64,000 nucleotides of DNA from Candidatus Dojkabacteria bacterium HGW-Dojkabacteria-1 (GTDB taxonomy: Bacteria; Patescibacteriota; Dojkabacteria; SC72). Numbering within the stretch: the first letter of the stretch is position 1; each line of letters starts with the position of its first letter. Below are positions 60,068-64,000 of this stretch, piece after piece. The position numbers were made by a program, and so were the translations under genes. The stretch lies in contig PHAO01000001.1 of assembly GCA_002840365.1 (NCBI GenBank), forward strand, positions 85,101 through 149,100, given 5' to 3'. The notes beneath the pieces are model-generated. The model was not told the origin of the DNA and made no database searches. It worked only from the letters and a program-made list of their open reading frames with translations.

Positions 60068-62077
60068 GTGGCACCCCAAGACTTGATTCTCGGAAAACTT
60101 AATCCACAGCAAAGAATTGCAGTGGAAACAACAGAGGGACCTTTGCTAGTATTTGCAGGGGCAGGTTCTGGTAAGACAAGAGTTATAACTAACAGAATTG
60201 CTTACCTGATTACAGAAAAGAAGGTCCCTTCCGAGAATATCTTAGCAGTAACTTTTACTAAGAAAGCTGCTGGTGAGATGCAAGAAAGAATTGTTTCCCT
60301 CCTTAAAGAGTTAGGCGTAGATACTAAGAATATTCCATTAGTTGGAACTTTTCATTCAATAGGGGCTCTCTTCTTAAGACAAAATGCTAAAGAAGTTGGA
60401 TTGATGCCTAATTTCTCTATCTTTGATACTGATGATTCAGAGAATTTAATAAAAGACATTATGATTGAACAGGGTTTGGATATTAAACAGATACGACCAA
60501 AAGCCATATCCTTCTTTATATCCTCTGCAAAAAATGAAATGATATCACCCGAAAAATTCCACAATCACTACGGTGGATTTTTAGAAGATATAACTGCGGA
60601 GATATATCCTGTATACCAGAAGCAATTAATAGCTCAAAATTCAGTAGATTTTGGAGACCTTTTGTATCTATCAGTAAAGATGCTTTCTGAAAACAAAAAA
60701 GTATTAGAAAAATATCAAGATATGTACAAATATATTTTGATAGATGAGTATCAAGATACAAACAATGCCCAGTATCTTTTTGCAAAACTACTCTCTGAAA
60801 AGCACAAAAATCTATGTGTAGTAGGTGATGATGACCAGGGTATATATGCATGGAGAGGTGCTGATATAAAAAATATACAATCATTTGAGAAAGATTTTGA
60901 GAATGTAAAGATAGTTAAATTAGAACAAAACTACCGCTCAACAAAAAATGTTATAACTGCCGCTACTGCAGTTATTAGTCAAAACTATTCAAGAGTTGAA
61001 AAAGCCCTATGGACTGATCAAGAGCAGGGAGAGAATATAACTGTATATCAAGCTATGGATCAAGATGATGAGGCACAATATGTGATGGATCAAATAGAGG
61101 TATTAAAAAGATACAAAGTAAGCCTTACAGATGTTGCTGTTCTGTATCGTACAAATTATCAATCAAGAGCAATAGAGGAGGCTCTCTTGAAAAGAGGTTT
61201 GCCTTACAAGCTGGTTGGAGGTTTCCGATTCTATGAAAGGAAAGAGATAAAGGATATCCTTAGTTACCTTCGATTTATTTACAACCTAAAAGATGAATTA
61301 AGTCTAGGAAGAATACTTAATGTTCCAACTAGAAAAGTAGGTCCCAAATCAGTTGCAACACTACATGAGATAGCAAGAAGTTCAAATTGTACGGTTGGAG
61401 AATTGCTAGTAGCATCGTATGAGATAAGTATGGGATTAAACCATATACTAAATATCTCCCCCAAGGCATATTCCTTCATCGAAACAAATATCTCCCTTAT
61501 GTCGAAATACACGAGTTTAGTAAATATTTTTGGTAGCTTGTATGTGGAATCTCAGGGTTTGGATGTACTAAGTATAATTGATTTAGTATTAAGAAAAATT
61601 CACTACGTAGAATGGATGGATGATGGCTCTGAAGCTGCAGAGTACAAGAAAGAGAATATCGAGGAATTGAAAAGTGTCGCAGGAAGTTATGCAAGACAGC
61701 ATGGTAAGAAATCAATAGATGTTTTTCTACAAGAGATAAATTTAATTGAGCAAGAACAAGACAAAAACCAAGATGGTAGTGGTGATTACGTTAACCTAAT
61801 GACACTTCACTCATCCAAGGGTTTAGAATTTAACAATGTATTCATTGTGGGAATGGAGGAAGGAATATTGCCACACTCAAGGTCTTTTACTGATGAGGAT
61901 GGATTAGAAGAAGAAAGAAGACTTTGTTATGTAGGCATTACTAGAGCTAGGGAAAAATTGTTTTTAACATTTGCTGATAAAAGACAAGGAAGAGAAGGGT
62001 ATAATACGCAAATACCATCTAGATTTCTTGGTGAAATACCTCAAGACATTTGTGAATATTACAGTTGGCAGAATTAG
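60068..62077 (+). CDS. pcrA: UvrD/PcrA DNA helicase (likely GTG start 60068)
   Basis: AGAGSGKT, TFT.KAA, DEYQDTN, VGDDDQ, QNYRST, HSSKGLEF, EERRLCYVGITRA. Confidence 0.95.
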   Translation: MAPQDLILGKLNPQQRIAVETTEGPLLVFAGAGSGKTRVITNRIAYLITEKKVPSENILAVTFTKKAAGEMQERIVSLLKELGVDTKNIPLVGTFHSIGALFLRQNAKEVGLMPNFSIFDTDDSENLIKDIMIEQGLDIKQIRPKAISFFISSAKNEMISPEKFHNHYGGFLEDITAEIYPVYQKQLIAQNSVDFGDLLYLSVKMLSENKKVLEKYQDMYKYILIDEYQDTNNAQYLFAKLLSEKHKNLCVVGDDDQGIYAWRGADIKNIQSFEKDFENVKIVKLEQNYRSTKNVITAATAVISQNYSRVEKALWTDQEQGENITVYQAMDQDDEAQYVMDQIEVLKRYKVSLTDVAVLYRTNYQSRAIEEALLKRGLPYKLVGGFRFYERKEIKDILSYLRFIYNLKDELSLGRILNVPTRKVGPKSVATLHEIARSSNCTVGELLVASYEISMGLNHILNISPKAYSFIETNISLMSKYTSLVNIFGSLYVESQGLDVLSIIDLVLRKIHYVEWMDDGSEAAEYKKENIEELKSVAGSYARQHGKKSIDVFLQEINLIEQEQDKNQDGSGDYVNLMTLHSSKGLEFNNVFIVGMEEGILPHSRSFTDEDGLEEERRLCYVGITRAREKLFLTFADKRQGREGYNTQIPSRFLGEIPQDICEYYSWQN

Positions 62078-62997
62078 TTTACCCCGTAAGTTCTATTATA
62101 TTTAGCATGACATGCAGGCCACTGACTTGATCTTGTTGATTCTCCTGCTCTGTATTTTGTAATTGTGTGCCTTATCTGTGCATGACCATCGAAAATATTC
62201 TCCTTAAATTGTCTACTCCACCAATATGGACTCCATTGGAACAAACCTTTGTATGAGCTCTTGTTTGATTCTGCATTACAACCAGATTCACAGTACATTA
62301 TAAATTTGAGCCACCTTTTCTCCTCCTCTGTATATGGCCCTGTATCAACTACCTGGTACCAGTATTCACAGTTGTATCCTTTTGGATCTATACCAGCAAG
62401 GGAGTACATTGATGTTCCAACTTCTAGAATTTTTACAGATGGCTCTCTTACAACTCTTTCAGAAAGAATTTTACTTTCAATTAATACACCATCTTCGTAA
62501 TAGCTGATTACTTTTTGTTTCTTAATTCCTAATACCCCCTCTTGAGATACATACTCCTCACCCTTAAGATATTTATCTGTCTTTATTACCTTCGTAGTAA
62601 ATGGAATATCCTCGTCTATCTCCTCGATAATAGTCTCAGTCTTGATAACCCTTACTAAGCTACCATTGGTGATATATTGAGTACTAATAATAACTCTCTC
62701 TTGATCAGAAAGATTAATTTGGAATTCGTCTAGAATCTTGTAAATATCTGTCTCTACTGTAAATATACTGTAAACATAGTCACCTTTTTTGATATGTACT
62801 AACTTCGGTCTTCTTGAGCTTCTCTCTAGCTGAGTATCAGTTCTAAAGACCATATCCTTTATATTGTACTGTGTATTTACTTCATTTCCCTCTGCTAAAA
62901 CGATATTGTTAGCAGCAAAGATCAATCCGATTGTAATAAGAAGCACTGTTGTAAACAGGGCAGCAAGGTATTTTCTACCTTTGTTTTCGTGTTCCAT
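62074..62997 (-). CDS. G5-domain protein with C-terminal Rpf/lysozyme-like domain (RpfB-like)
   Basis: TM; IPF...GEE.V.QEG..G...DG..I......EP...I..VGT G5; CESGCN...YKGLFQW...QWPAC. Confidence 0.78.
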   Translation of the reverse strand: MEHENKGRKYLAALFTTVLLITIGLIFAANNIVLAEGNEVNTQYNIKDMVFRTDTQLERSSRRPKLVHIKKGDYVYSIFTVETDIYKILDEFQINLSDQERVIISTQYITNGSLVRVIKTETIIEEIDEDIPFTTKVIKTDKYLKGEEYVSQEGVLGIKKQKVISYYEDGVLIESKILSERVVREPSVKILEVGTSMYSLAGIDPKGYNCEYWYQVVDTGPYTEEEKRWLKFIMYCESGCNAESNKSSYKGLFQWSPYWWSRQFKENIFDGHAQIRHTITKYRAGESTRSSQWPACHAKYNRTYGVN

Positions 62998-63105
62998 ATA
63001 CTTGTTTAAATATATAACCCCATAATCTATAAAAGGTTTCAGGAAAGTATAGCATGATTAATAAAACATGTGTAAAATGGGAATGTATACTTAAATATAA
63101 TATAC

Positions 63106-64000
63106 ATGAAAAACACCTTTAAATACGCTTTTTACGCATTAATCATTATCCTTAGTGGGGTACTACTTTCTGGTTGCACTATTTCTGAAGAGAAAATAGC
63201 TCAATACAATCAATTAGTATCTGATGCAGACCTACTCATAGAAGGAAAGGAGTATTCCTCTGCCATGGAGAAGCTAAGTGATGCAGCAGAATTAATACCT
63301 TCAAAATACGATGCATATGAGAGAATTGTAGAAATACTAATTACTAAAAATAGACTAGGAGATGCAAAAAGATTGATAGATGAATCTGCAAGTAAATTAG
63401 ACGACAGAGATAGAGGTACATTGTATGTAATGCTTGGTAAAAAATATTATCAACAAAGAGATTACAAAAATGCCCTAATTTGCTACGAACTCTCAAAAGG
63501 TATCTCTGATGGAGTAGAGAATGTTGATTTAGAAATGGCAAAGGTATATCTACAGCAGGGAAATATTGAAAAAGCAAAATCACTCCTTAAAGGTAATTAC
63601 GGGGAGGATTTTAGAACCGAAGCCAAATTAATATACTCATATGTACTTTCTACAACAGATAAAGAGAAAGCCTTGAATGAAATTAAAGATATTCAACCAG
63701 AAGATGAGTGGAAAGAAGCATACTCTCAATGGAATGATGTACTCAAAAGTTTGGATAATGATGAATTGTATAACAGCGCGAAATTAGCAAAAGTATACCT
63801 TGATTCAGGCTATCCATCACTTGCAATATATATTCTGGAACCAAAGAAAGCTGATATGGAGGAATATATAGATGGATTATACTTACTTGGGAAAGCATAT
63901 TATGAAAATGGTAAATATCAAGAAAGCTTAGATACTCTCTTGGGGGTTACTACTCTAAGTAAACTTAATCAGTATCTTTATTGGATAGTTGCAAGAAACT
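63106..64000 (+). CDS. TPR-repeat lipoprotein (3' partial, absent from ORF track)
   Basis: MKNTFKYAFYALIIILSGVLLSGC lipobox; TPR-like repeats; frame open to window end. Confidence 0.8.
   Translation, partial: MKNTFKYAFYALIIILSGVLLSGCTISEEKIAQYNQLVSDADLLIEGKEYSSAMEKLSDAAELIPSKYDAYERIVEILITKNRLGDAKRLIDESASKLDDRDRGTLYVMLGKKYYQQRDYKNALICYELSKGISDGVENVDLEMAKVYLQQGNIEKAKSLLKGNYGEDFRTEAKLIYSYVLSTTDKEKALNEIKDIQPEDEWKEAYSQWNDVLKSLDNDELYNSAKLAKVYLDSGYPSLAIYILEPKKADMEEYIDGLYLLGKAYYENGKYQESLDTLLGVTTLSKLNQYLYWIVARN

Overview
AT-rich, very densely coded bacterial chromosomal segment using standard code 11 (TGA is a stop). Gene content and style point to a Candidate Phyla Radiation/Patescibacteria genome, plausibly Dojkabacteria/Microgenomates-like (inference): shortened AlaRS and IF2, PrgI/VirB4 cluster, sortase, many single-pass Ig/FN3 surface proteins, no Shine-Dalgarno motifs. 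Housekeeping content: grpE-dnaK, groES-groEL and a separate dnaJ (both with CIRCE-like operators), folD-glyA-thyX-dcd-sufS, lepA-recF, rpsT, alaS-ruvX-mltG-LCP-holA, nusA-infB-rpsO-pnp, rsmE-rsmF-like and pcrA. Most notable: (i) a three-gene cassette of a LexA/S24 repressor divergent from an unannotated 47-aa basic protein and a stand-alone GIY-YIG-like protein; (ii) a Gram-positive-type T4SS-like system split over two loci (PrgI/VirB4; VirB6-like plus M23 hydrolase) with no mobility genes; (iii) a protease-less Lon AAA+ module with an altered pore loop; (iv) pervasive apparent leaderless transcription; (v) a sortase with a candidate substrate and recurrent post-TM motifs in surface proteins. 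No rRNA, tRNA, CRISPR array, integrase or transposase was seen. All assignments come from motif reading by eye; no database search was run.
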